A DNA stretch of 25,355 nt from a virus (IMGVR_UViG_2563366824_000002:1-25355), one strand, 5' to 3'. Shown: positions 7,926 through 20,292, counted from the stretch's first letter. Program-made: numbers and translations. The notes: generated from the letters alone by a model not told the origin.

Positions 7926-8011
7926 CAGGTTCAGAAATGGCGAAAGCCGGTCTGCTGGAACAGAACCGACTTTCAGGTGCAAATCGTAACACACTCATTG
8001 CGGGAGGAATT

Positions 8012-8941
8012 ATGGCAAACACTGCTGAGATATTCAATTTTCCAGTGCCGGATGCGGCACAAAAGGAGCCGCGCGTGGCAGATCTCGATGATGGTTATAC
8101 GCGCATTGCAAATGAGTTGCTGGAAGCTGTGATGCTGGCCGGATTAACACAGCACCAGCTTCTGGTCTTTCTGGCTGTCATGCGCAAAACATATGGCTTT
8201 AATAAAAAACTGGATTGGGTTAGCAACGAGCAACTTTCCGAATTAACCGGGATATTGCCGCACAAGTGTTCTGCTGCAAAAAGTGTTCTGGTAAAGCGTG
8301 GGATTTTTATTCAGAGCGGGCGGAATACCGGCATTAATAATGTGGTCAGTGAATGGTCAACATTACCCGAATCAGGTAAGAAAAATAAAGTTTACCTGAA
8401 AGAGGTAAATTTACCTGAATCAGGTAAAAAAAGTTTACCCAAATCAGGTAAAGGCGTTTACCCGAATCAGGTAAACACAAAAGACAAACTAACAAAAGAC
8501 AATATAAAACCTTTTTCGTCCGAGAATTCTGGCGAATCCTCTGACCAACCAGAAAACGATCTTCCTGTGGTGAAACCGGATGCTGCAATTCAGAGCGGCA
8601 GCAAGTGGGGGACAGCAGAAGACCTGACCGCCGCAGAGTGGATGTTTGACATGGTGAAGACCATCGCGCCATCAGCCAGAAAACCGAATTTTGCAGGGTG
8701 GGCTAACGATATCCGCCTGATGCGTGAACGTGACGGACGTAACCACCGCGACATGTGCGTGCTGTTCCGCTGGGCATGCCAGGACAACTTCTGGTCCGGT
8801 AACGTGCTGAGTCCGGCCAAACTCCGCGACAAGTGGACCCAGCTCGAAATCAACCGAAACAAGCAACAGGCTGGCGTGACAGCCGGCAAACCAAAACTCG
8901 ACCTGACGAACACTGACTGGATTTACGGGGTGGAGCTATGA
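8012..8941 (+). CDS. O: Replication initiator O (iteron-binding N-terminal domain, P-interacting C-terminus)
   Basis: ATG at 8012 with GGAGG upstream. Iterons are embedded in the coding sequence. Four-nt overlap with P. The ORF-track start at 7922 is probably an upstream extension. Confidence 0.8.
   Translation: MANTAEIFNFPVPDAAQKEPRVADLDDGYTRIANELLEAVMLAGLTQHQLLVFLAVMRKTYGFNKKLDWVSNEQLSELTGILPHKCSAAKSVLVKRGIFIQSGRNTGINNVVSEWSTLPESGKKNKVYLKEVNLPESGKKSLPKSGKGVYPNQVNTKDKLTKDNIKPFSSENSGESSDQPENDLPVVKPDAAIQSGSKWGTAEDLTAAEWMFDMVKTIAPSARKPNFAGWANDIRLMRERDGRNHRDMCVLFRWACQDNFWSGNVLSPAKLRDKWTQLEINRNKQQAGVTAGKPKLDLTNTDWIYGVEL
8366..8475. repeat. Replication origin iterons inside O
   Basis: Four direct copies of CC(C/T)(G/A)AATCAGGTAA(A/G) at about 8366, 8414, 8438 and 8461, plus inverted TTTACCTGA copies, followed by an A-rich tract (8476..8520). 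This is the lambdoid ori-in-O architecture. Confidence 0.75.
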
Positions 8942-9639
8942 AAAACATCGCCGCACAGATGGTTAACTTTGACTGTGAGCAGATGCGCCGGATCGCCAAC
9001 AACATGCCGGAACAGTACGACGAAAAGCCACAGGTACAGCAGGTAGCGCAGATCATCAACGGTGTGTTCAGCCAGTTACTGGCAACTTTCCCGGCAAGCC
9101 TGGCTAACCGTGACCAGAATGAACTGAACGAAATCCGCCGCCAGTGGGTTCTGGCTTTCCGGGAAAACGGGATCACCACAATGGAACAGGTTAACGCTGG
9201 AATGCGCGTAGCCCGTCGGCAGAATCGACCATTCCTGCCATCACCCGGGCAGTTTGTCGCCTGGTGCCGGGAAGAAGCATCTGTTAACGCCGGGCTGCCA
9301 AACGTCAGCGAGCTGGTTGATATGGTTTACGAGTATTGCCGGAAGCGTGGCCTGTATCCGGATGCAGAGTCTTATCCGTGGAAATCGAACGCGCATTACT
9401 GGTTGGTTACCAACTTGTACCAGAACATGCGGGCCAATGCGCTGACTGACGCGGAATTACGGCGCAAGGCTGCCGATGAACTGACCTGTATGACAGCGCG
9501 AATTAACCGTGGTGAGACGATACCTGAACCAGTAAAACAACTTCCTGTTATGGGCGGTAGACCTCTAAATCGTGCACAGGCTCTGGCGAAGATCGCAGAA
9601 ATTAAAGCTAAGTTTGGACTGAAAGGATCGATGAAATAG
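8938..9639 (+). CDS. P: Replication protein P (DnaB helicase loader), lambda-type, 233 aa
   Basis: MKNIAAQMVNFD.EQMRRIANNMPEQYDEKPQVQQVAQIINGVFSQLLATFPASLANRDQNE… matches lambda P nearly throughout. Confidence 0.95.
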   Translation: MKNIAAQMVNFDCEQMRRIANNMPEQYDEKPQVQQVAQIINGVFSQLLATFPASLANRDQNELNEIRRQWVLAFRENGITTMEQVNAGMRVARRQNRPFLPSPGQFVAWCREEASVNAGLPNVSELVDMVYEYCRKRGLYPDAESYPWKSNAHYWLVTNLYQNMRANALTDAELRRKAADELTCMTARINRGETIPEPVKQLPVMGGRPLNRAQALAKIAEIKAKFGLKGSMK

Positions 9640-9878
9640 AGCTAAAATATTAGCTTTAAAATAAAGTATATCTAGCGAATATAATCCAGGACTGGTTGTA
9701 ATGCCCGCAATAATTGATTGCGTGAGTAATAAAATTTTTCTTCCATTGTAATCATTTAACCATAAAGTTTATGTGGATATTTTATTTGTGTGTTGATTTT
9801 TTTGTAACGTTCTGTATATTTCGCACCTCTTGTCATACCAGTTATTTTTTTCATTATATTCATAACGTTGATTGAACT

Positions 9879-12800
9879 ATGACCACTGTGAATAAAAAGT
9901 TAAAAAAAACTGCATCTGGCGCGATTACATGGTCAGTAATTGTTACCCAGATATTATCTCCAGTTTCTCTTTCTTTGATTCCGGCAAACAGTTTTGCATC
10001 GTCTGATAATAAAGATGTTACGCAAATTTATGCTAGCGATGAGCGTGCAAATAAAGTGGCCTCATTTGCAGTAAGTGCAGGTCAGAGTCTGGCGAATAAT
10101 AATGCAAGTAGTTTTGCTGTAAATACTTTATCAACTCAGGCGACAAAAGAGGTCGTCGATTGGTTGCAACAATATGGCAATGCGCGCATCAAGCTTAATG
10201 TCGATGATTCTTTTTCCTTGAAGGATTCATCATTCGACTTTTTATATCCATGGCTGGATACTCAGGATTATGTGCTATTCAGTCAAACATCACTACATCG
10301 TACTGATGACCGTAATCAGACCAATATTGGTTTGGGGATTCGTCATTTCACTCCTGATAATGCAATGTTGGGTGCGAATGTTTTCTACGATTATGATTTA
10401 AGTCGCAGCCACTCTCGCGCAGGTTTTGGGGTTGAGTACTGGAGAGATTATTTCAGGCTTGGTGTAAATACCTATTTTGGTTTATCTGACTGGAAGGACA
10501 GTCGGGATATTGATGATTATCTGGAAAGACCCGCAAATGGCTGGGATTTTTCTGCTGAAGGATGGCTACCTGCTTATCCGCAATTAGGGGCATCTATTCA
10601 GTTTGAAAAATATTATGGTAAAAATGTCGGATTATTTGGAAGCGATAATCTGCAGGAAAACCCTTACGCAGTTACTGGGGGAATTTCTTATACACCAGTT
10701 CCTCTGATTAAGTTTTCTGCACAGCATAAGCAAGGACAGAGCAACGTTCACGATACAACCTTTGGTGTTGAGTTTAATTACCGCCCAGGCGTTTCCCTTG
10801 CTGAACAGCTTAGCAGTGACAATGTTGCAGTTATGCGAGAAGTCCAGAACCGGCGTTATGATTTTGTTGAACGAAATAACAACATTGTTCTGGAGTACAA
10901 GAAGAAGCATGCACTGAAAATCAGCTTACCAGAGTCTGTTCAGGGGGATGGCGAATCAATCATCCCTGTAACACTGACAATCAACAATGCCAGTGGTGGT
11001 ATCAAGTCTGTACAGTGGAATGATAGTGTATTCACTGCGGCTGGCGGTAAGATCAGTGGAAATGGCACATCATGGCAGGTCACTTTACCGGCTTATAAAA
11101 GCGAAGGTGTAAATTCGTGGAATGTTGGAGCCACGGTCCAGGATAATAGAGGCAACGTTTCCAACTATGCGGTGATGAATATTAGCGTTATTAATAGTGG
11201 TGTCTCGACAGCGGATTCTTCTTTTACGTTGGATGGTGATTCGTCTCCGACGATCTCTGCTGATGGTCAATCCACTCATCCAATAGTATTAAGCCTGAAA
11301 GACAGTAACGGTAAGGCATTAACCGGACTGGCTGATGACATTGAAATGTCAGTGGAATTTACTGCGGATAGCAATAGTGCTCGACAGCGTGAAACGGTAA
11401 CTGCCCCGTCATTAGGCGCGGTAGAGGAAATCTCTGCTGGTGTATATCGCTCTGTTCTGACTGCTGGTTCGCAGGCTGGTACGGTACGTGTAACTGCAAA
11501 AGTAATGGATAAAACATTTACTCTCAGTATTAAGCAAACAGCAGCAACAGAACCTGATTCTGAGGTCAGTGCTGTTTTAACCGCTGCACCAGCAGAACAG
11601 GTAGTTGGTTACAATATCAATCTACAACTGGCAGTGAAGGATTCACAAGGAAATGCAATCACTGGTGATAACACTCTGAGCTTTTATGCTCTTAACCAGG
11701 CAGAAGGAGTCGAGTTTGGGGCTGTAACGGAAAAAGACGGTGTCTATAGCGCGACAGTAACTTCAAAACGAGCTGGTAAGATTCGGATCGGTGTTAAATC
11801 GGGTAGTCACAATTTCTCAGGTATTGAGAAAGAAATCTCCTTTATTGAAGATCGAACACAGTTCGCATTCTCTCGTATTGAAGCCAGTAAAAATAATGCA
11901 TTGGCTGACGGCAAACAACAGAATACGGTGACTGTAAGCCTTGCAGATCGTTTCGGCAATGTTGTGCCCGGTTATGCTGTTACGCTGTCCTTACCTGCGG
12001 GGGTAACTCAAGTTGGTGGTGAACATGCTGTGTCAACTGACGAAAACGGTAATGCTGTTTTTGCGTTAATAAGCTCCACTCCGGGTTCTTACGTGATTAA
12101 AGCTCATGCTGGTTCTCAGATGTCTACTGAGTTAACAGTAACCTTTGCATCAAATATGATCGGAGCTTCACTGTCACTGACGCCTGGAAACAGTAGCTTA
12201 ATTTCCAATATTCCTGCTAATGGTAAGGATGCTGCGGTATTGAATGTGCAACTGACAAATACGAATGCGTCGGTCAATGGACAGAAGATTCAGCTCATCA
12301 CCTCATCTGAAGGATTGTCTGTACCGACAAATATCGTGACTGATTCAACAGGGCATGTTTCCGTACCACTTACAACGGTGAGAGCTGGTGAGTATACGGT
12401 GGCTGCACGAGTGACTGACGGTTCCCATAGTGTGGAGTCTGGCAGCGTTAAGTTAACTTTTGTACCAGATGCTGCTTCCGCAGAACTTACTATGAGTACA
12501 TCAAAACAGCAGATTGTGGCCGATGGTAGTGAAAGTGCAACAGTGGACATTCAGTTGGTTGATGCCAATAACAATGCGTTTACAGGCGATGTGGATTTAA
12601 CGGTTACACCATCGACGGGAGCATCATTGACCAGTAGTAAACTGCAGTTGGATGCTCATGGACAGGCAACAACGCAGTTCACAGCATCGAAATCAGGCCA
12701 GTACACAATTCAGGCTGAGTATGTTCTAGATGGGAAACGTATAACCGCAAGCAAAAATATTGATGCCGTGACGGATGTGAAGGAGGCTGTGTTGGAGATC

Positions 12801-13430
12801 ACATCATCTGCATCTTCGGCTGTAGTGAGCGATACCAACAATCTGATATTTACGTTACTGTTGAAAAGTACGTCAGGCGAAGTATTAAGTGGTCGAGTAT
12901 TGAATATCAAGGCATCTGGGCCGTCCAAATATGGTGCGTTGGTGGTTGATAAAACCACTGTAACGACTGATGAGTATGGTCTGGCTACGGTAAGCGTACA
13001 TGGTCGAACGGCTGGTTCGTATAAATTAACGGCGACCTTAGATGAACTTGGCAGTGATGTTAGTGAGGTGAAGTCATTCTCTCTGTATGCTGATGAGGCA
13101 AATGGAGTATTGACACTGCATAAAGATGGAGGCTATGACACAGATGATGGTACTCCAGTGGGGGTTTATGCCCGATTTGTTGACCATTTCGGCAATCCGT
13201 TATCTGGTACGGTTGAGTTTTCTGCTGGTAGTGAAGATAGTCCAAACTCTCAACGGGTTAAAATGGAGCCTGCTACAGTAACGTTACACTGGACAGGTAA
13301 TGCAGCCTCGGAGTTCAGCACCTATGAAAGCGGTTATCACTGGATTAAGGCCAAAATAACGAACAGCAAAAATACATATGAGAAAACAATAAGGACTTAT
13401 GTTGTAAAGCTCCCTGAAAAGGATAGTTAA
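9879..13430 (+). CDS. Invasin/intimin-family inverse autotransporter adhesin (1183 aa) with a long array of Ig-like (Big) repeats
   Basis: N-terminal signal peptide. Beta-domain strongly resembles invasin (…EGWLPAYPQLGASIQFEKYYGKNVGLFGSDNLQENPYAVTGGISYTPVPLIKFSAQHKQGQSNVHDTTFGVEFNYRPG…RRYDFVERNNNIVLEYKKK). Followed by about 800 aa of repeated roughly 100-aa modules. Preceded by a 240-bp AT-rich intergenic region. Confidence 0.85.
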   Translation: MTTVNKKLKKTASGAITWSVIVTQILSPVSLSLIPANSFASSDNKDVTQIYASDERANKVASFAVSAGQSLANNNASSFAVNTLSTQATKEVVDWLQQYGNARIKLNVDDSFSLKDSSFDFLYPWLDTQDYVLFSQTSLHRTDDRNQTNIGLGIRHFTPDNAMLGANVFYDYDLSRSHSRAGFGVEYWRDYFRLGVNTYFGLSDWKDSRDIDDYLERPANGWDFSAEGWLPAYPQLGASIQFEKYYGKNVGLFGSDNLQENPYAVTGGISYTPVPLIKFSAQHKQGQSNVHDTTFGVEFNYRPGVSLAEQLSSDNVAVMREVQNRRYDFVERNNNIVLEYKKKHALKISLPESVQGDGESIIPVTLTINNASGGIKSVQWNDSVFTAAGGKISGNGTSWQVTLPAYKSEGVNSWNVGATVQDNRGNVSNYAVMNISVINSGVSTADSSFTLDGDSSPTISADGQSTHPIVLSLKDSNGKALTGLADDIEMSVEFTADSNSARQRETVTAPSLGAVEEISAGVYRSVLTAGSQAGTVRVTAKVMDKTFTLSIKQTAATEPDSEVSAVLTAAPAEQVVGYNINLQLAVKDSQGNAITGDNTLSFYALNQAEGVEFGAVTEKDGVYSATVTSKRAGKIRIGVKSGSHNFSGIEKEISFIEDRTQFAFSRIEASKNNALADGKQQNTVTVSLADRFGNVVPGYAVTLSLPAGVTQVGGEHAVSTDENGNAVFALISSTPGSYVIKAHAGSQMSTELTVTFASNMIGASLSLTPGNSSLISNIPANGKDAAVLNVQLTNTNASVNGQKIQLITSSEGLSVPTNIVTDSTGHVSVPLTTVRAGEYTVAARVTDGSHSVESGSVKLTFVPDAASAELTMSTSKQQIVADGSESATVDIQLVDANNNAFTGDVDLTVTPSTGASLTSSKLQLDAHGQATTQFTASKSGQYTIQAEYVLDGKRITASKNIDAVTDVKEAVLEITSSASSAVVSDTNNLIFTLLLKSTSGEVLSGRVLNIKASGPSKYGALVVDKTTVTTDEYGLATVSVHGRTAGSYKLTATLDELGSDVSEVKSFSLYADEANGVLTLHKDGGYDTDDGTPVGVYARFVDHFGNPLSGTVEFSAGSEDSPNSQRVKMEPATVTLHWTGNAASEFSTYESGYHWIKAKITNSKNTYEKTIRTYVVKLPEKDS

Positions 13431-13442
13431 CAAAACAGAATA

Positions 13443-13469
13443 GGGAGGGCTAAGCCCTCCCACTTTTTA
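13443..13469 (+). terminator. Intrinsic terminator after the adhesin gene
   Basis: GGGAGGGC-TAA-GCCCTCCC hairpin followed by ACTTTTT, 13 nt after the stop codon. Confidence 0.7.
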
Positions 13470-13728
13470 ATTGAGACGGACTGTTTCTTAAATTCACTTA
13501 CGTTAGATATGAACTGATTATTTTTTATAACAATAAAAGACTTTTGATTTTTGAATATCAGTAAGTAATAATGATTTACGTCGACAGACTGAACATCTGT
13601 TGGTGACTTCTGCGCTAAACGGGGACGTTTATGCGCACATACAATCTAAACTCTCTTCTCTCTTCACAGATGCAGAAATGCACCTGCGATTCTTTGCATC
13701 CAACGTTTGACCTCTGCGGAGGTGAAGC

Positions 13729-14184
13729 GTGAACCTCCCACAAGATGGCATCAAATTACATCGCGGTAACTTCACCGCTATCGGTCGGCAGATCCAGCCT
13801 TATCTGGAGGACGGCAAATGCTTTCGCATGGTGCTTAAACCGTGGCGCGAGAGACGCAGTCTTTCCCAGAATGCACTCAGCCACATGTGGTACAGCGAAA
13901 TCAGTGAATACCTCATCAGCAGGGGTAAAACGTTCGCCACTCCAGCTTGGGTAAAAGATGCTCTCAAACACACATATCTCGGTTATGAAACCAAAGACCT
14001 GGTTGATGTCGTAACCGGTGATATCACCACTATCCAGTCGTTACGCCATACCTCCGACCTTGATACCGGAGAGATGTATGTCTTCCTGTGTAAGGTTGAA
14101 GCCTGGGCGATGAATATTGGCTGCCACCTGACTATTCCGCAGAGCTGCGAGTTCCAGCTGCTGCGTGATAAGCAGGAGGCGTAA
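13729..14184 (+). CDS. ybcN: YbcN-like nin-region protein (151 aa)
   Basis: GTG start with GGAGG 5 nt upstream. Translation matches what I recall of DLP12 YbcN. First gene of the nin-like block. Confidence 0.75.
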   Translation: MNLPQDGIKLHRGNFTAIGRQIQPYLEDGKCFRMVLKPWRERRSLSQNALSHMWYSEISEYLISRGKTFATPAWVKDALKHTYLGYETKDLVDVVTGDITTIQSLRHTSDLDTGEMYVFLCKVEAWAMNIGCHLTIPQSCEFQLLRDKQEA

Positions 14185-14354
14185 TGGCTACACCGCTTAT
14201 TCGTGTCATGAACGGACACATCTACAAAGTACCAAATCGTCGTAAGCGTAGGCCTGAGCTGAAACCATCCGAAATACCAACACTGCTCGGATATACCGCC
14301 AGCCTGGTTGATAAAAAATGGTTGCGACTGGCAGCAAGGAGGAATCATGGCTGA
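14184..14354 (+). CDS. ninE: NinE-like small protein (56 aa)
   Basis: Hand-translated: [56 protein letters not shown]. Basic protein in the DLP12 ninE position, start overlapping the ybcN stop. Below the ORF-track length cut-off. Confidence 0.7.
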   Translation: MATPLIRVMNGHIYKVPNRRKRRPELKPSEIPTLLGYTASLVDKKWLRLAARRNHG

Positions 14355-14637
14355 TTTGAGAAAAGCAGCGCGTGGTCGGGAATGCCAGGTAAGAATCCCT
14401 GGCGTATGTAATGGCAATCCTGAAACGTCTGTACTGGCACATATCCGGCTGGCTGGATTGTGCGGTACCGGTATCAAACCGCCAGACCTGATTGCCACCA
14501 TTGCATGTTCTGCCTGTCACGACGAGATCGACCGTCGCACGCATTTTGTTGACGCTGGATATGCAAAAGAATGCGCGCTGGAAGGTATGGCGAGAACGCA
14601 GGTTATCTGGCTGAAAGAGGGGGTAATTAAGGCGTGA
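14347..14637 (+). CDS. ybcO: YbcO-like protein (96 aa)
   Basis: From [35 protein letters not shown]…; Cys/His-rich. Overlaps ninE and rusA by 8 and 4 nt. Matches DLP12 gene order. Confidence 0.7.
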   Translation: MADLRKAARGRECQVRIPGVCNGNPETSVLAHIRLAGLCGTGIKPPDLIATIACSACHDEIDRRTHFVDAGYAKECALEGMARTQVIWLKEGVIKA

Positions 14638-14996
14638 ATACCTACAATATCACATTACCCTGGCCGCCGAGCAATAATCGCTATTACCGCCATAATCGCG
14701 GGCGCACGCACATCAGCGCAGAGGGGCAGGCATACCGCGAAAACGTCGCCCGAATCATTAAAAACGCAATGCTGGATATCGGCCTGGCTATGCCTGTGAA
14801 AATCCGCATTGAGTGTCACATGCCGGATCGCCGTCGCCGTGACCTGGATAATCTACAAAAGGCCGCTTTTGACGCACTCACCAAAGCAGGTTTCTGGTTG
14901 GATGATGCTCAGGTCGTTGATTACCGCGTTGTGAAGATGCCGGTTGTCAAAGGTGGAAAGCTGGAACTGACCATCACTGAACAGGGAGATGAATGA
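14634..14996 (+). CDS. rusA: RusA Holliday-junction resolvase (120 aa)
   Basis: [36 protein letters not shown]… matches E. coli DLP12 RusA. Confidence 0.9.
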   Translation: MNTYNITLPWPPSNNRYYRHNRGRTHISAEGQAYRENVARIIKNAMLDIGLAMPVKIRIECHMPDRRRRDLDNLQKAAFDALTKAGFWLDDAQVVDYRVVKMPVVKGGKLELTITEQGDE

Positions 14997-15133
14997 TGTT
15001 TGAGTTTTATATGGCAGAACTTCTTCGCCACCGCTGGATGCGCCTGCGCTTATATCGTTTCCCCAGTTCTGTTTTGACCGATTACCGAATACTGAGGAAT
15101 TACGCCAAAACCCTGACAGGAGCAGGAGTATGA
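14993..15133 (+). CDS. ylcG: YlcG-like small protein (46 aa)
   Basis: Hand-translated [46 protein letters not shown]. Start overlaps the rusA stop. Below the ORF-track cut-off. Confidence 0.6.
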   Translation: MMFEFYMAELLRHRWMRLRLYRFPSSVLTDYRILRNYAKTLTGAGV

Positions 15134-15218
15134 AGTCAGAGATAACAATCAACTAATACTGTTTTGTTGATTTTTGCTTGTAATTGGCGTTCTGGTCTGA
15201 TTTTTGTGGAGTAAGTTG

Positions 15219-15602
15219 ATGCGTGATATTCAGATGGTTCTTGAGCGTTGGGGAGCGTGGGCGGCTAATAATCATGAAGATGTGACCTGGTCGTCCATTG
15301 CCGCCGGTTTTAAGGGATTAATTCCTTCAAAAGTAAAATCTCGCCCGCAATGTTGTGACGATGACGCGATGATCATTTGCGGGTGCATGGCCCGTCTGAA
15401 AAAGAACAACAGCGATTTGCACGATTTATTAGTAGATTATTATGTAGTCGGTATGACATTCATGTCACTGGCAGGTAAGCATTGCTGCTCTGATGGTTAT
15501 ATCGGGAAAAGGTTACAGAAGGCTGAGGGCATAATTGAAGGGATGTTAATGGCATTAGATATCCGGTTAGAGATGGATATCGTTGTTAATAACTCTAATT
15601 AA
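15219..15602 (+). CDS. quuD: Late-gene antiterminator Q (QuuD-like, 127 aa)
   Basis: From [26 protein letters not shown]… with Cys-rich zinc-binding region ([12 protein letters not shown]…CC). Matches DLP12 QuuD as recalled. The ORF-track start at 15204 is a TTG extension. Confidence 0.85.
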   Translation: MRDIQMVLERWGAWAANNHEDVTWSSIAAGFKGLIPSKVKSRPQCCDDDAMIICGCMARLKKNNSDLHDLLVDYYVVGMTFMSLAGKHCCSDGYIGKRLQKAEGIIEGMLMALDIRLEMDIVVNNSN

Positions 15603-15740
15603 TATGCCAATTGTTTACTAAAAATTATTAAAAATGGGGCGTTGAGACGCCCCCAAAAATAAAGGGTAATATATAACAGAAGGTTTATATAGTTAGAAGC
15701 AAGGTTGTGCTCCTAAAGGAAGTGGCTTGAGGGAGCCACT

Positions 15741-15782
15741 TATATGTTGGGGAGGCAAAGCCTCCCGCAACATATCTTTTTC
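15741..15782. terminator. Hairpin terminator region between convergent quuD and nmpC
   Basis: Long inverted repeat ATATGTTGGGGAGG-CAAAG-CCTCCCGCAACATAT followed by CTTTTTC. A second hairpin GGGGCG-TTGAGA-CGCCCC lies at 15646..15663. Confidence 0.5.
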
Positions 15783-15791
15783 GTAATCAGA

Positions 15792-16874
15792 TTAGAACTG
15801 ATACACCAGACCTACAGCGACGATGTCGTCGGTATCAATACCAGCTGTTTTGGTAAACTTACTATCGTCAATTAAGTTGATTTTGTAATCAACAAAAGTG
15901 GACATGTTTTTATTAAAGTAGTAAGTAGCACCGACATCGACATACTTGACTAAGTCTCGGTCACCATGAACACCAAGGTCTTTACCTTTTGACTGAAGGT
16001 AAGCAACAGATGGTCGCAGACCGAAGTCAAACTGATATTGTGCTACTGCTTCAAAGTTTTGTGCTTTGTTTGCAATATGGTTATTACCAAAAACGGTCAT
16101 ATTCTGAGTTTCAGAATATGTGGTAGCCAGATAGATATTGTTCGCATCATATTTCAGGCCTGCAGCCCATACTTCCGCATTTTTGCCGGAGGCATTGAAT
16201 TTGCTCTTACCATAGGCGACCTGACCGTCAGTGCGATCTGATTTAGCATAGGTTGCACCCACGCCGAATCCTTCATACTCATAAGTAGTGGAGAAACCGA
16301 AACCATCACCATTGGCTTCAGTTACGTCAGTGCGGTCATTTTTACCCTGATACTGAGCAGCAAAGTTCAGGCCATCGACCAGACCAAAGAAGTCGTTGTT
16401 ACGATAGGTTGCAACACCAGTGGTGCGACCAGTCATGAACACATCTGTTTGGGTCCAGGTATCGCCACCGAATTCTGGCAGAACGTCAGTCCACGCACCG
16501 ATGTCGTATGCTACACCGTAGTTACGGCCGTAATCGATTGAGCCGTAGTCACCGAATTTCAGGCCTGCAAATGCAAGACGGGTTTTGTCTTTGGAGGAAC
16601 CTTGAGATTCAGCGCGGTTGCCTTTGAATTCATATTCCCACTGACCGAAACCAGTCAGTTGATCGTTGATTTGGGTTTCACCTTTGAAGCCAAGACGGGC
16701 ATAAGTAGTATCACCATCATCTGCATCGTTAGAGGAAAAGTAGTGCTTGGCATTAACTTTCCCGTACAGATCCAGCTTGTTACTGTCTTTATTATAAATT
16801 TCAGCTGCCTGAGCAGACATCGCCATCAGTACTGATGCAGCTACAGCAGAAATTGCCACTGTTAATTTTTTCAT
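15792..16874 (-). CDS. nmpC: OmpC-family general porin (NmpC-like, 360 aa), apparently intact
   Basis: Signal peptide [23 protein letters not shown], porin beta-barrel sequence and the C-terminal …VAVGLVYQF typical of OmpC/OmpF/NmpC porins. Encoded antisense between Q and the holin. Confidence 0.9.
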   Translation of the reverse strand: MKKLTVAISAVAASVLMAMSAQAAEIYNKDSNKLDLYGKVNAKHYFSSNDADDGDTTYARLGFKGETQINDQLTGFGQWEYEFKGNRAESQGSSKDKTRLAFAGLKFGDYGSIDYGRNYGVAYDIGAWTDVLPEFGGDTWTQTDVFMTGRTTGVATYRNNDFFGLVDGLNFAAQYQGKNDRTDVTEANGDGFGFSTTYEYEGFGVGATYAKSDRTDGQVAYGKSKFNASGKNAEVWAAGLKYDANNIYLATTYSETQNMTVFGNNHIANKAQNFEAVAQYQFDFGLRPSVAYLQSKGKDLGVHGDRDLVKYVDVGATYYFNKNMSTFVDYKINLIDDSKFTKTAGIDTDDIVAVGLVYQF

Positions 16875-17462
16875 CGTGAGCCCTTTTTTTTGAACTATTA
16901 TTAAAAAATGATGTCACTGCGCGATAAATATTCATCTAATCAATGTGATTATTTCAAGATGTAAGTTTTAGTTTCTCATTTAATTTGTGAAGTAGATCTC
17001 TATTTTTATCTGAACTTTTTCTATCGAAACCTATTTATGGCTCTTATTTGAACAAAAATAAACCTATTAGCTAATTTATATTAATGGCTGTTATTTATGG
17101 GGATTCTATAATTCGGTGGTTTAATTTAAATCAACTAAAAATAACGCCGGAAATTATTTATTGGTTATTTGTTGAGGTTTTCTTATATATTTGTGGTGGT
17201 GTTTTGAACACTCGGTAGCATTCTCATAAATATCATTCAGTGGTTTACGTACGTAAAAAATTGGTTATGCTGTTAAGAGTGGTTACTTCGTCACACAGCT
17301 TAAACCCGCCGTCGAGCTGGTTTTTCCATTTTTTGAGTCTCGATATTAGCTGATAACTCAATACCTGAGTTATTCACTGACTCCGAGTCTGTTACGTTTC
17401 TGCTTTTTTGCGATACGTTGTATTCCCTCAATTTACACCCGCTTTGTCTGCGAGGTGGGGTT

Positions 17463-19572
<2,110 letters not shown>

Positions 19573-19639
19573 ATTTTATAACCCCAATACGGGCGTCAGA
19601 AATGACGCCTTTTTTATTGCAGAAAAGCGAGAGGTAATT

Positions 19640-20239
19640 ATGCGTAAATTATGTGCTGTTATTCTGTCCGCAGTAGTCTGGCTGGTTGCCGCTGGTACGC
19701 CAGCGAGCGCAGCAGAGCATCAGTCCACACTAAGCGCCGGGTATCTTCAGACCCATACTGATATGCCAGGCAGTGATGACCTGAAGGGCATTAACGTGAA
19801 ATACCGTTATGAATTTACGGACACGCTGGGGCTGGTGACGTCATTCAGTTATGCCAATGCCAAAGATGAGCAAAAAACGCATTACAGCGATACCCGCTGG
19901 CATGAAGATTCAGTGCGTAACCGCTGGTTCAGCATGATGGCGGGGCCGTCTGTACGCGTGAATGAATGGTTCAGTGCTTATGCGATGACGGGTGTGGCTT
20001 ACAGCCGTGTTTCGACGTTCTCCGGGGATTATCTCCGCGTAACTGACAGCAAGGGGAAAACGCACGATGTGCTGACCGGAAGTGATGGCGGTCGCCACAG
20101 CAACACGTCTCTGGCGTGGGGGGCTGGCGTGCAGTTTAACCCGACCGAATCCGTGGCCATTGACCTTGCTTATGAAGGTTCCGGCAGTGGCGACTGGCGC
20201 ACTGACGGTTTCATCGTGGGTGTCGGTTATAAATTCTGA
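19640..20239 (+). CDS. lom: Lom-like outer-membrane protein (Ail/Lom family, 199 aa)
   Basis: Signal peptide; the C-terminus …AIDLAYEGSGSGDWRTDGFIVGVGYKF is identical to lambda Lom, and GINVKYRYE is shared. Confidence 0.9.
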   Translation: MRKLCAVILSAVVWLVAAGTPASAAEHQSTLSAGYLQTHTDMPGSDDLKGINVKYRYEFTDTLGLVTSFSYANAKDEQKTHYSDTRWHEDSVRNRWFSMMAGPSVRVNEWFSAYAMTGVAYSRVSTFSGDYLRVTDSKGKTHDVLTGSDGGRHSNTSLAWGAGVQFNPTESVAIDLAYEGSGSGDWRTDGFIVGVGYKF

Positions 20240-20264
20240 TTAGCCAGGTAACACAGTGTTATGA

Positions 20265-20292
20265 CAGCCCGTCGGTTCAGGCGGGCTTTTTT
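20265..20292 (+). terminator. Intrinsic terminator after lom
   Basis: GCCCG-(9-nt loop)-CGGGC hairpin followed by TTTTTT. Confidence 0.6.

Noticed and set aside
7922-8011. Upstream extension of O starting at 7922
   Set aside because: The ATG at 8012 has a GGAGG RBS and begins a plausible N-terminus (MANTAEIFNF…); the extension overlaps the YdaT-like gene end.
8366-8475. Possible CRISPR array suggested by short direct repeats
   Set aside because: The repeats are 15-bp iterons with 9- to 33-bp irregular spacing inside the O gene. There is no repeat-spacer periodicity and no cas genes.
8346-9179. Minus-strand ORFs (107 to 109 aa) across O and P
   Set aside because: Antisense to well-supported replication genes.
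13983-14544. Minus-strand ORFs of 172 and 112 aa overlapping ybcN, ninE and ybcO
   Set aside because: The plus-strand genes match the known DLP12 nin-region proteins and gene order; the minus-strand ORFs are antisense artefacts.
17281-17417. Attempt to pinpoint P_R', qut and tR' upstream of the holin
   Set aside because: Candidate -35/-10 elements (around TTGAGT…TAACTC) and a T-tract (about 17400..17410) are present, but I could not define a convincing promoter or terminator hairpin by eye. Left unannotated.
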